A stretch of DNA of 64,000 nt from assembly GCA_030141605.1 (NCBI GenBank), contig JAQGDQ010000015.1, positions 62,001-126,000 of the forward strand, read 5' to 3'. The notes beneath the pieces are model-generated. The model was given only the letters and a program-made list of their open reading frames with translations. It made no database searches and was not told the DNA's origin. Source of the stretch: Tubiluchus corallicola (taxonomy: Eukaryota; Animalia; Priapulida). The translations under genes were made by a program, and so were the position numbers. Below, in pieces: positions 42,970 to 55,200 of this stretch. The stretch's first letter is position 1; every line of letters begins with the position of its first letter.

Positions 42970-44469
42970 ATTTTTTTCTTAATACTGTTTAAATACTTTT
43001 ATAAATGTCAATAAATAAATAATAACTCCACTAAATATCCCATGTGCGGTTATAGCAATTAAATTAATTTCAAAACTTTTAAGTATGTATTAAATAAACA
43101 TGTGTAGTACTATGTACGTGTGCGTGCATACTGTATGTAGTTTAAAATCTGCGAGGAGACTCAGAACGTGTTCTCGAAGAATTTCGGAAGAAACGCCACT
43201 TCGAGAAAAATGGTGCTTTCCAACCAAAAGAGTGTTTTACAAAATGAGAACATTGATTTACAACCGATGATTACCTGTCCAATATGTAAATGTCAAATAC
43301 AACAACAACTAAGCTGTGACTGACGGGTTGTAAATTGAAAAATGATTGGTAGCCAGTTGAACCGTGCCCACCCATGCGCGATACATTGATGGAGATTTTT
43401 ATCCATGGGGTCCATAAGGGGCGACAATAATATAATACTAGACGCAAATTGTTTCAGACAGACAAAATTTCCCGTATCGGAGTGGGGCGTGTCATGGGTA
43501 TTGGAATAATTGGAACCCCAGTGAATAATTATGAGATGAAACGTGACTAACCAATCACTTTTTTATGTAGTCTCGTCTGGTTTTTGTCTGATACAATTTT
43601 TTGTACCGAACCAACACAGGAGAGCAGGATGAGTTTGTCTGAGACAGAAAATTAAGCACGTTTAGTAAAAACGTGTGTGCGACAAAGTTGGTAAAACAGG
43701 GTTTATCGAGCCCACAAACGAGCAGAAAATCTGTCTCATTCAAGTTGTTGCATGCAAATTTTGCAAGGGGTGTGCCCTGTAGGCAGCAAAATATTTTTAA
43801 AACCCCAAAGCAGTGCCCTAAAGTATTTTTACCATGCGGTTTGTCGATTGATTACAGGTACCGAAATTTCACTTGTCACACATGTTACAATTATATTCTG
43901 CAATATAAATGGCAAAGACGATTTTATTTTTTTATACAAATCGCCCAAAACAAACAAATGGTCATTCAAGGTAGGAAAAGGCGGTTACGGTAAGAAGGAA
44001 AAGGCATGTCCAGAAAAATTGAATTCGTATGACTAATTTGGTACTGATAAAAAGTATCGAATGATAGCGATTAGTGATTCTGACGTCACGATAAATCGTG
44101 TTGGTGGTGAGTGGCGGGTGATACTTGTGTTGACCACATTTACTGATGTTCGTCAATCATTTAATTAAGGAAAGCCATAATAAGAGTTTGGCTTGCAATA
44201 CAATATCCACCATTAAGTTTCTGTTTAATCACTCCCGGTCAATTATATTGTTCTAATTGTTGTTCAACGCTTGCGTTCGGGCTTCGGCTATAAATACAAG
44301 TAGTTAATGCATTATATGTAAGTATGTAGGTAACTATGATAATTTGTATAAACTCGCAGGAATAGTGTAGAATGAAACCAGCATGAAATGATATATGAAT
44401 AATTGCGTATATGTAATTTCATTCGTTTCTTCAAGGTCTCATTCCAGCAGTTGTAGAAATTGAAGTATT

Positions 44470-44860
44470 AACGTTTATTAGAGCATTTAACCCATTCCTA
44501 TTTGCAGCTAATAGAGTGAGTTCCTCTACTCCTAAAGCTAGTGTTGGTTGAAGCTGTTGAACATCTTATTTATCTTAGCCATCCAAATTATTTTTTGGTT
44601 TGCCAGGTTGTGTCTTGCAAATTTTAAGGCTCTTTAAGGCGATTTTTACCGGTGTTTCACTTGGTAATCTTACAAGGTGTTTAGGCATATTGGATTTTGG
44701 ATATTAAGGAACTTCTTTGGTTCTAGTGCATAAATGTTCAATTATGATTATGTACGGTCATCTTCTATTTAAAACTTTCCTCAGAAGACTTCTACGAAAC
44801 TTGTCAATCTGCTTTTCTTGAGTTAAACCCCATGTTTCACTGTTATACATAAATATGTTG
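44470..44860 (-). mobile_element. RTE-like LINE ORF2 C-terminal fragment, pseudogenised
   Basis: Minus strand reads IFMYNSETWGLTQEKQIDKFRRSLLRKVLNRR*P...EHLCTRTKEVP...HLVRLPSETPVKIALK...PGKPK...WMAKINKDVQQL...LLAANR, matching the RTE post-RT motifs (LY.sEtW.l, GHl.Rl, rGRPk.tW...i.kDl); has stops and frameshifts. Confidence 0.8.
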
Positions 44861-47329
44861 GTATAATATAATTACGAATATTAAATATGAAATATGGCGT
44901 CACAGATACGGATAGAGTAACTGCGAGTCATAGGCGAATCTTAAAAAAATCGTTTCGTGAATAGATGACGTCAGTCTTGAGGTTACGTCAGACGAAGAGA
45001 TAAAAAGCTGCAATAGTTACAGTGTCAATGTATATCATTTCTGTAAAGTTGAATTTCGGAAAAAAAGGTCAACAATAGATTTACGACTCATCTTGAAACC
45101 CCTTCTTCTGTTTCTTATCAAGATTTAACAAATTCAAGTGCGCTATAACATCCCACAATGCAATAGCCTACTATGTCGTCACAAGCAAGCTGTCCACAAA
45201 AACAAGATCAAGTACAACACCAACAACGTAAGCAAATACTAGACATACGGTTTTGGAATGCAAGAAAATATGACTTTTTTATAATAGGCTTCGAGTTTTC
45301 GAAAACCTATCAATGCAGAATGTGCCGACTGCAAGAGGAGCTTTAGTGCTGTAAATTGCTTTTGCAGTTTAGCTATTAGTTAATTTTTAAATATTTTTGA
45401 CATGGCGCTGAAAATAAATCTATAAAATTGTTTCCGGGTTCCAAGCGTTCACAACTGCCTACTGAAGATTTAAGGAATGTGCCCGATTGCCCTCCCACTA
45501 TACACTTTTCTGCAAACCGAGCTGTATGTTATTCTTGATGGTGATTTTGAGCCAACATTTAATCATTAAGCCTTACCGAAAAAAGCCATGGAAAATGAAC
45601 AATGGTTTATATTATTGCCATCATTATTAGTAGGAGACGTTTTCACCTACGGCAATGAAATGCTCGGAATATTTGCAACCACTCGACTGTCAGAATTACA
45701 GAAACTTATTATGACGCATGACGTAAAGACAGGCAAAGCAGAGCTTTAATTACTTCAGGCTATATATAGAAGTATGCAACTACCGGTGATTTTCACTTAC
45801 ACTTCATGCGTTATAATATGTCTTTTTAATTCAACGATCTTTTTTTTGTTTTTACAATTCAAAATTTAGTTTTCTGCACTTGATTGAAGTCTAAACATTG
45901 CCAAAATTCACAACAGCTCTCACTCAACGAGACAATGAGAAGATTTGAAGCTATAAAAATAAGCGTTGAATTACTATGTTTCAAGGTACAGCTGGCGAGG
46001 TTTTGTTAGTGGCTTAAACTTGTTTTGTTATTGGATTTTTTGTAAGTATATAAAACTTGACAAGTAGGCCTATACCTATACAAGTGCTATCATTGTTGTT
46101 CTTTTCGTTTTCTTTTCTGTTCACTTTTCACTACTGTACAAGATATGTCACTGTCCTCAGTTAAATAACTGGGCGTTTAAACTGTCACCCCATAATCCCT
46201 ATACGGTTATATTAGCAGGGAAAGGCACCTGCCCACTGATTTTCTAATTAGCCTAATTTGATAATTCATTCTCACTAATATATTGTTAATTGGCTGACAG
46301 GAGCCTACTTAATTCCTTGGGCAAAAGTGTTGAAAGAAGTAACCCAAGTGAGGACATTAACAAGGCTGCTTAATTTGCTGCTTGCGGGGTTAGATGGCTC
46401 TTATTTCTATATAAATTCTTTACCTAATTGTACCATGTGTACAATTATATATACACATTACATATATAATTTCAGACTATATAATAAATTGTCTGAGATT
46501 AAATTAAACGGAAAGAAAGGTAATTTGTATGAAAACAATGAAACTGAACGTGAGCTTGAATCAATCCATCAACACTCAATTTATTTATCCATTCGAAAAG
46601 CGCCGAATTTATTTGTCCATTGAATGCAGAGCCATACCACCGAAAGGAGCAAATTATTGCATACATGTATTCAAAACGTACACACACATGCGCGTACACA
46701 AGAAAACACACCATTACATTAAATTTAAAAAAAATAATTAAACGTAATAGGACTGCAGTGTATTGCAGGCACTTTCACTATTATCTTGGCGATTGGCTCA
46801 CTAAATACTTTTGCCACATATTTGAACCCTTGTACACTTTGCGTTAAATCTTTTAACGACGTTGACACCGATTTCTTAGGCACTGTTTAAGTAAATACAG
46901 ATAAACTCTTTGAAAGCGCCGCAAACGGCGGGGCGCGCGACACGATAAAATATATTATCGCAACTTTTGTTGGACAACAAACAGGTGAACAGGTAAATTA
47001 TGACCAGGTGAGTACAGACGAGCAGTTAAAGTGTCATCTCCCCAGTGCTGGAGTTATTAAGATGAGGCAATTCCAGGTTCCAGGTGCAGCCAAGAAATAC
47101 GCGAGAAAAGGTTCTTAAACTCTTGTTGCGTCCAATGAAAATATTTTCACTTGCGCGATTGATTTTTCTTAGAAAAGTCAAAATGGAGTCTTTTTCTTTA
47201 AATTTACAAAGTATAAGTTGTAAACTGCCAGCAAAGAGTCATTGGTCAGGCCTGACAGTGTTTGTTATAGACGCTGAAGAAACAAACGATAATGCTTGTA
47301 CTACCTTAACCACTTTTCCTCGGTTAATA

Positions 47330-47530
47330 GAAATGTTGGCAATGATCTATTGCACGTCTTTTTCAAGAAAATTGCCGCATTGCGTAAATTTGTAAAAAAT
47401 GGACCAATTACAAGAAAGTGTTGCCGCGAATCTGCAAAGTTGACTGTAGTGTGTCAGACAGACTGACTGACAGACAGAAAAAACAAACAAACAAACGGCG
47501 ATGAGAATATAACTCTTGGCAAGGATAAAA
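47330..47530 (+). mobile_element. 3' part of a Helentron/DINE-1-like (HINE) element
   Basis: (CAGA/CAAA)n microsatellite followed by ggcgatgagaatataactcttggcaaggataa, resembling the recalled HINE end aacataacctccttggcggaggtaa. Confidence 0.45.
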
Positions 47531-49229
47531 AGCGTGAACGCACAGATATATTAGGTGGCGCAAAAATGTGCCGAAGTTTTAATCACGATGTTATAAGAAG
47601 AAACTAATGGAATCGCCACGTTGATGTTAAAGACCTTGATGTATATAAACACCAAAAATGACAGATCATTTCTTTAGATTTTTTCAAAGATGTGGAGGTA
47701 TTAAAACAAAAATAAACAAATAAAAGCTGGAAAAAATTTTGTGTCACTATGTTAAAACTGACAGCAAGTGCTCTAGGTTTTTGTCTTCGTAACAAATCTT
47801 TATCAGTGCTTTATTTTCTGTGGTAAAGACCATGTTGATTACTGGTTGATTTTTTTATTGTTCTCCTGCCATGTATTTTGCCCGTTATATGTTAACGCGG
47901 CCGTTTTTCGCTTGATAATTATACTGATATCGTTCCGACATTTAATTTTTTGCAACATGCAAAAGTTTTTAGCCATAATTTAAAAACCACCGAAACTATC
48001 AAACTTGTAAGTTTCGCAACCAAAAGTTAGTGCATAGCAATATTATGCCGTGAAATTTCAACTTTGCAAGGCTCTTTTTTATTATGTTATTGTAGCATAA
48101 ATTTCTGCACGTTTTTTCTGCGCCATCCGATACAATGCTTCAAGGTATGCCCGGACGGATATTTCAAGGACTGGGCACAGAATAAAATCCTTTTCTCTGG
48201 TAACTGCTTCGAGCATATTTATGATATTTTGGTGATCCACGTAACAATATACGGTAGCATTCTATGGAAATATATTACACGCATACATTATGTTATAAAC
48301 ATGTATTTTAAGTTTCATTTAGGACTATCTTAAACAGAGTTCGAGTTTGACCTATTCGTTACGAAATCCTTTTGCCCAAAATCAGAAACAAATTTCAATG
48401 TCAGAAGCAACGTCTTCTTTAAAAAATTAATGATTACTTGCTCGGTAACTTTTGGCATTTCGAATGTTAAATGTCACGAGATGCTTAAGCACTAATAAGC
48501 GATAAACTTAAGCTGCCACTAATTTTTAATGAGGTCTGAGACTTCATTCTCCGTATTGCTTATTAAGCAACGTTTGTTTTCGTTATATTTCACGATTATC
48601 GAAAGAAACACGATTGCCTGAATGATATATATTGCATTTGAAACTTTAAGATACAGATGTGATATATAATTACTAGCATCCATTATAGTTTTTTGCATGT
48701 ATCCATTATCGAAAACCTTTTAAGTTATTATTCGGGATTCGCCAGACAGTTTTTTTGTTTCTTTTCGTTACAGGAAGTCGGCAGTACTCTGAATTTTTTT
48801 AAAACTAGAAAAAAATGCATGCAGTGTAGTAATTTATGGTTTACCTCAGGCGTCTTGTCTTAACTTCAGTCCTGGTCTAGGAAAACCGGCAAATGAAAAG
48901 AGAATGTCCGGGCGGAAGTTTGACTGCTTGAGGATATTCACTTGGCACAGGTCTCTTGCTCGCACCCTTTCGGGTTCAAAATGTTTGTTTGAGTTTGTTG
49001 TTGCGATGCTAGTTTTGATCAGTCATTGAATGATTCAGGGTCACACTGTATTATTATTCGAGGTAGTAATGCAAGCAAAGTAAGTAAATTTTTCAATGGG
49101 AGACCTGTTAATTTTTGCTGCTGTGATTTAGCGTTGAAATAATAGAAATATAAAATAAAAAACAAAGCATTTATTTTTATTTTATAAGCAAATCATATAT
49201 ATATATATAGAGAAAAAGCGACCGGACTT

Positions 49230-49490
49230 AATCAAGCAAACATCTACTAGCTATTGTCAACTCCGTACAAATCATACAATCTTGAATCTTGTTATTTTAA
49301 GATGTGGAACAAGATGTTTGAAAATACCAATCGCCGAACGTGATAGCTGCGAATGCTTATTTACTGAATGTATATGCAGTAGTATTTTAGTGTACCTTTT
49401 ATTGTGGTATTTTATTGTAGTGTGATGTAATGTTTTGTGTTTTTTGTATGGCTTTTATGCTGAAATAAACTAACCTAATCCAATCTAAAA
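49230..49490 (+). mobile_element. 3' end remnant of a non-LTR retrotransposon (LINE)
   Basis: Degraded peptide CQLRTNH...GTRCLKIPIAERDSCEC (like kLRtsnH.L.ietGR..nip.eeRiC..C), then a TG-rich UTR, AATAAA and a (CTAA/CCAAT)-type tail. Confidence 0.55.
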
Positions 49491-50359
49491 CCCAAAATCT
49501 GGACATTAGTAAACGACTGTTAGAATCACTTCTCGACAATTTTGATTTCCGAAGATTTAATTGCTAAGGCAGGAAAAGATGTCTCTGCCAATTCAGCATA
49601 TCATTATAATCATATGTTAATTAGGTAGGTAACACGGTAAAGACGTGTGGGTCCACACAAACTACAAAGATCTCTTTTGTTACGAATTTCTGTGAACATG
49701 CAGTGTTTGTGATGGCATTCTAATGCGACTGCACCACCATGTGTCGAGTTTAACTGGCCCTGATTTAACACCTTGCAGAGTTCAACCCTTTCTTTGGCAG
49801 GATGCTGAAGCATCCGCGCGATAAGACATCTCAGATACGTCGACTGATAAAACTGATGATAGCGACGAAATGGCTAATGAGTCTTCTCGTTAAAGAGCTC
49901 CCCTTTTACCAAATGAACAAGTTGTATTGATTGGCGCAGGAAACTTTTACATTGTGGCAATTGTAAACAATCCAATAGTAAAATAATTGGTGGGCACAGT
50001 ATCCTCAACTGTATAATTACAGAATGGAACGGTAGAATTTATGTCTGTCTTCTACACTGAGTTTTCTACAATACATGCGGCTGTCAAATTTTATTTCTCC
50101 TTGCAGTCATTAATTAACTCGCAAGAAAGTTCACCATAATAAAATGTTCATAACTGGTCATTAGGTTTCACACTTTCATAACTTTGTTATACAAAGTTAA
50201 TCACTTAGGTACATAAAAGGGCAAAATAGTTTTTGAAATGCTTGAGCTTTTTTAAGTTGGTTTAAGTAAAGGATGAAGATGACTTTTTATCTGCGCGAGC
50301 TAGCGTCGCGGATCCAGCAAAAGCCACATGTTGACTTTTTTCATTATGCAGTTACCACT

Positions 50360-50935
50360 TTTTAAATCACGTTAACTCGCAAATGCACAAAGCTTACAGG
50401 GTAGATACATGGATTAGGGGCCTTGACAATGATATGATGTGTCTGGTCAACAGATCAAGTACACTGGACAGCCAATGAACTTTTCGATTACCATTCTCCA
50501 ATTCAATTCTCCAAACCTCCTAGGGCTTTGAGTTAATTTTTTTCATAAGTATTCAGGTATTGTGAGATAGATGTGTACCTGCAGTTTTAAAAAGCTGAGA
50601 CTTTTAAGGGCCCGAGATACAAGTCATAACAACGAATAACTATAAAACTATAGTAATTAGAGTCACGAAAGTTGTTTAGCAGAAAAGCGAGTTAATATTT
50701 TTACATGTGTGGGTAATATGAATTAAATATTTTTTTCAAAATTAGCTATATCAAGTGATTGACTGTTTAATTAACACAAAGCCCGTGCACTGTGCACCAA
50801 ACAGTGTGCATACTTAAGCGTAGTAATCAAAAAGTATTTACATAAGCTAACTACACTTGACCAGGTATAGTCAGGTGTAAACACTATCACGGCGTTAAGC
50901 TCGCGGATTTAGATCTGAATTCATTCAGTCTTGTT
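50360..50935 (+). mobile_element. Unclassified dispersed repeat, copy 3 of 3 (extra sequence at about 50620-50860)
   Basis: ttttaaatcacgttaactcgcaaatgca ... cctagggctttgagtt ... aggtattgtgagatagatgtgtacc ... ggcccgaga; later aggtatagtcag...gctcgcggattt...attcagtcttgtt. Confidence 0.75.
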
Positions 50936-51499
50936 ATCTTTGACCTTATATACATGTATGTAGCTTATATATATGGTAGCTGCCACCATTGATAGGCGTA
51001 CCAGGTTGCAATAAGCAGGTTACACGCGACCCCTGGGCATTTTAATATTTAAGGAGTTAAGGTGTGTCTCTTCACATCTATTATTCTAAATCTATTGTGT
51101 TTTACGAAACTTTACCGAAGATTATTAGTGTCAGTCATATGCGTGGTACTAATATCGTTTTATAGTAATCTGGAGAAATTGCTTTTGCAAAATGCTTTAC
51201 TATATCAATGTTAAATTTATTGCTTCATTTAAATTTTTGACATTTTATTATAGTCATTTAAATTTACGTGATAAATAAAATTTATTTCTGTTGTGTCAGA
51301 CGGAGCACTGATGCCACTGGAGCTCTGACAATTAGATTTGTAACTGCTTTTAAAGGTCACGTTTTTGGAAAGCTTACGCACTGATTTTTAAATTTTCGCA
51401 ACAGGTTCAATTTCTATTTCTGGTGTAAACTACTAGAACTGATGTGGGTTTTCAGGTGCAACAGCTGTAATAGTACTGCAGCAGTAGAAATAATAATAA

Positions 51500-51627
<128 letters not shown>

Positions 51628-52043
51628 ACAATAACAGTAGCAATAGTAACAGAAATAGAGCAGTAGTAATTGTAGTAGTAGCAATAGCAACATCAACAGC
51701 AGCAGTAGTGGCGGCAGTAGTAAATACGGTAGTAGTTGGTTTGCTTAACAGTAGTGTTTGTCCACTAATACGTCCAGTATTTCACTCAGCTGATGCCACC
51801 TGTTGCATGCTTTTAAAAATTATTAACAATCAAAGTGGACTTCATGCAGTCTGTAAATTATATAGCAATAAATCGCACGAATTATTAAGTTGTAACAGTA
51901 ATCAACTTACAACACTACTTGTACTAAAAGTCTTACATAAAATCATTTGTCACTTCTGTCCATTTTCGAATTTTTTTGTTTGTTTGCGTAAACGTGCTGA
52001 CAAGTATTCATTTTATGCGAGATTATTTGTGCCATTTTTTCAG

Positions 52044-52204
52044 AGTGTCCGCCAGCCGAAGACGGGATCATGCAATTTGCCTGCCCGACTCCAGACAAAT
52101 TGGGTCGTTATCACTGCATAGATGACCATGTACTATGCGATGGCATATACCATTGTCCTGGCAGGGAGGATGAAGATACAACTATCTGTATGTTCTTCAA
52201 AATG
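52044..52204 (+). CDS. jeb: Jelly belly-like protein, coding exon 2 (LDL receptor class A domain)
   Basis: Acceptor ttttttCAG|; encodes (E)CPPAEDGIMQFACPTPDKLGRYHCIDDHVLCDGIYHCPGREDEDTTICMFFKM with six Cys and the Jeb-typical FACPTPD..GRY.CIDDHVLCDG and EDED...CMF.K motifs; donor ATG|GTAAG at 52204|52205, phase 0. Confidence 0.93.
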
Positions 52205-55200
52205 GTAAGCTTCCAAAATTTTTTGTGCAAAACTAATTTTCGTTTCACCGCTGCAAAATAGGTGTCTACAGGTGACTTATGTTAAATCACTTTTAATAAT
52301 TAAATAATTGTGCAAATATTTCGATATTTCTGTGAATATTAACACTAGCAATAACAGAAACTTTTAAGACTGAAGATTTTAAGGGCTGGTTAACAAAATT
52401 GCCTTGCATCTTCAGAACTTGTAGTAGCAAAGTGAAGTAACCGGATTTTGAGAAGATTACTGCTAGAGCGCTCAGACATACTGTCTAACTGTTGTTGTAC
52501 CAACAAAGAACGTCAAATTTGCACTAATAATTATTATGTCTTATAGACCTGTCGATTTTAATTTTATTATTTTCAAATAATTTCTAACCAGATAAAAGCT
52601 CCAGGAACAGCCAAATTCACTTAAACAGAGATTGGCAATCGTCGCAATGCTGACGTCCTGCCGTCATATAATCACAATATATTGAGCTAATAAATTGCCT
52701 TAAAATTACTTGACAGATGTAAATATTAATTCAATATAGAAGAAAAACGCCCATGAAAACTTTCCAGTTATTGTTGATGATTTCCATTGTGGCTTCATTG
52801 ACAGACTTAAAAGTTGTTCACTCTAGTCACACTTTACTTTGGGCTACGTCTTAATTATAACCCTTTACCGACTCAGATTCTAACCACTCCAATGCATTTC
52901 ACGGGACAATGCCGCGTTTCCGGTAAACAAGGGTTGAAGTGAGAAAATACGAGACCGCAAAGTTGGTTTTCATCAACTATTTGCTAAACTACGCCTGTGC
53001 AAACACTAAGTGATGTAATAAAGCGGTAGTATTAGGGCGTGGGTTAAACAACATTACTGATGCAATATGTTTCCGTTCAACAAATTGATGTTTTTAGAGT
53101 ATAATACTATTATTATCGCATTAGTGCTTACACGTCATGCCCTGGGACTTAATGCAGTTGTCTGCCCTGCGTTTCTTAATAGATGCCTTGTAATAGTAAC
53201 GCATCGGGCCAAAAACTGATTGGCTGTTTTCGCCTTTTCGCTTTTAAGCTCTGTAGTGCAATTCTTTACAATTTCTCTCCAATGTGGATTTCAAAGTTTT
53301 CCAATTTCTTTTCATTTGTTCCTTTCTATTTTTATCCTATGTGACACATTTTATAGTCTTATCTTCTGTCTTATAGTCTTATAGTATCTTATCTTCTGTC
53401 TTTTTCACCCTTTCTCTGTCAAAAATCTGATCTAATTCAATTCTGCTACATTTGTTAAAAATCTGACTTGCAAGAGTTACAGACGAGAATTACAGGAGAC
53501 AGCCAAGTTAGAGCAAGCTCCTTGAGATGCGGTGTAATTGTGTGAGCGTGGGAGGTTGCAGAACTTGCCATTCTTCCTGTGAAGCTAATTGTTATCGAAT
53601 CAGCGACTTTTACTACGTAACACAATCGTCGGCAAAACGTAATTCAATTAGTATAGTGAAATGTTGCCTGTTGCAACATTCCTTTATCATTCAGATGTTA
53701 ATTCACTTATCAAGAAGAAAGGTTGATAATGCGACAGTGTGATTTATAATGACATGAGCCAGTCTTTTCTTATTAGTTCAAGTCTCAAGTTCGCAACATC
53801 GGCAACGGTAAAAGTTTGTCTCTGGAGATATCACAGTAGGGAGCGTCATCAAAAATATTCTGTGTCAGAGGTGACACAAGTCTGAAATCTCTTAGTTACA
53901 TTTAGATGAATGTTTTGACAAAGTGCTGTCTTGTTATACCCGCGTGTTTCGTTAGTAATTCACCCCATCGCTGCTTATTATTGAGTTAGTTAATAAGTGA
54001 GTTTCGCAATTTTCAGAAACTTATAAAAGATTTCCTGTCATAATTTTTCTCTTCTTGTTGAAGCCGTAATAGCTAATTATTGCTAGAGATTAATATGAAT
54101 CTTTGTCATTCATATTCATAAAATTGAGCAAATGAATCGCTGAACTTCAAATGAAACTCTTGGTTTATTGCCAGCTTATCTTAATTGTATTGTAACTCTG
54201 GTGTGTAGGAGTAATGAAAGCGTCTCGCCCACTCCTCTTTGAGTAAATGGCTTCTCTAACGGACCATTCATCAAAATCAACAATTCAGTACAGGTCGGCT
54301 TTAAAGGACGCTTGCAGTTGATGCAGGTTTCGAGAAATTAACCTGGCATAATAAAAAATACTGGTCTGCAGATAAAACAACAATTATTGCAAAAATATAA
54401 CATAAAAAATAAGAGCTAGAAAGACTGAAAATGTAGACATCAGTTAAAGCAGTATTATCATTTTATTAAGGTAGGGAGGATGCAAACAAATACCAAGACA
54501 GAATACGTCACCTTTCTGGAAATATGCAATATTAATAAGAATTGAAAAATATGTCTGAATTGTTGAACTTGACTGAAGTGAAATTTATCACCGCTTTACT
54601 TGTCATTTTTTCGTATATCGCTTTTTCCGAACATCGTCAGCATAAAATACGATGAAGCGTATATCACTGAAGCATCAGATTGTTGTTCAAGAAACAAAGT
54701 AAAAGAATAATGGCATCTATAAAGTGCCCTGCTATTGTTTCTTGCCGTGCAAGATTGAGGAATTCGTTAGGATCTCTTGCAAATTACTGAATGATCTGAA
54801 TTATTTTATGGCATTTTACTTTCTTGTTCCTCTTATTCCGGTATTGCACTACAATCATGCAGCCCCCTGAGAATCGCGCTGCTCAATGGCCTTAAAGATC
54901 ATTCTTATTTTAAAGGTCATATCTGAAGCTCAGGATTTACCAAATCATATTCCTCGCCAGAAATACCTAGTTTGATTGCATCGATGCTGAACGTCGATAG
55001 ATTAATTAACCTTTCCTAATGGAAATATTAAACGAATTAGTGATTAAGAGCTGCAGACGGAAGCTCAGTCTGATGATTAATCATTAACGGCCTGCGTGGG
55101 CGTTATGGTTGTACTTGTCGGAAAACCATTAGACTGCAATCAACCCGAAATGCTTATTACAGATGAAGACTGTGTCTAAACGACCTTTAAACTAGCGACA

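Noticed and set aside
52070-52261. 63-aa stand-alone ORF, or prohormone-4/IDLSRF assignment of the LDLa exon
   Set aside because: It is an internal exon bounded by splice sites; it lacks IDLSRF and the long prohormone-4 C-terminal domain, and shows Jeb-type motifs instead.
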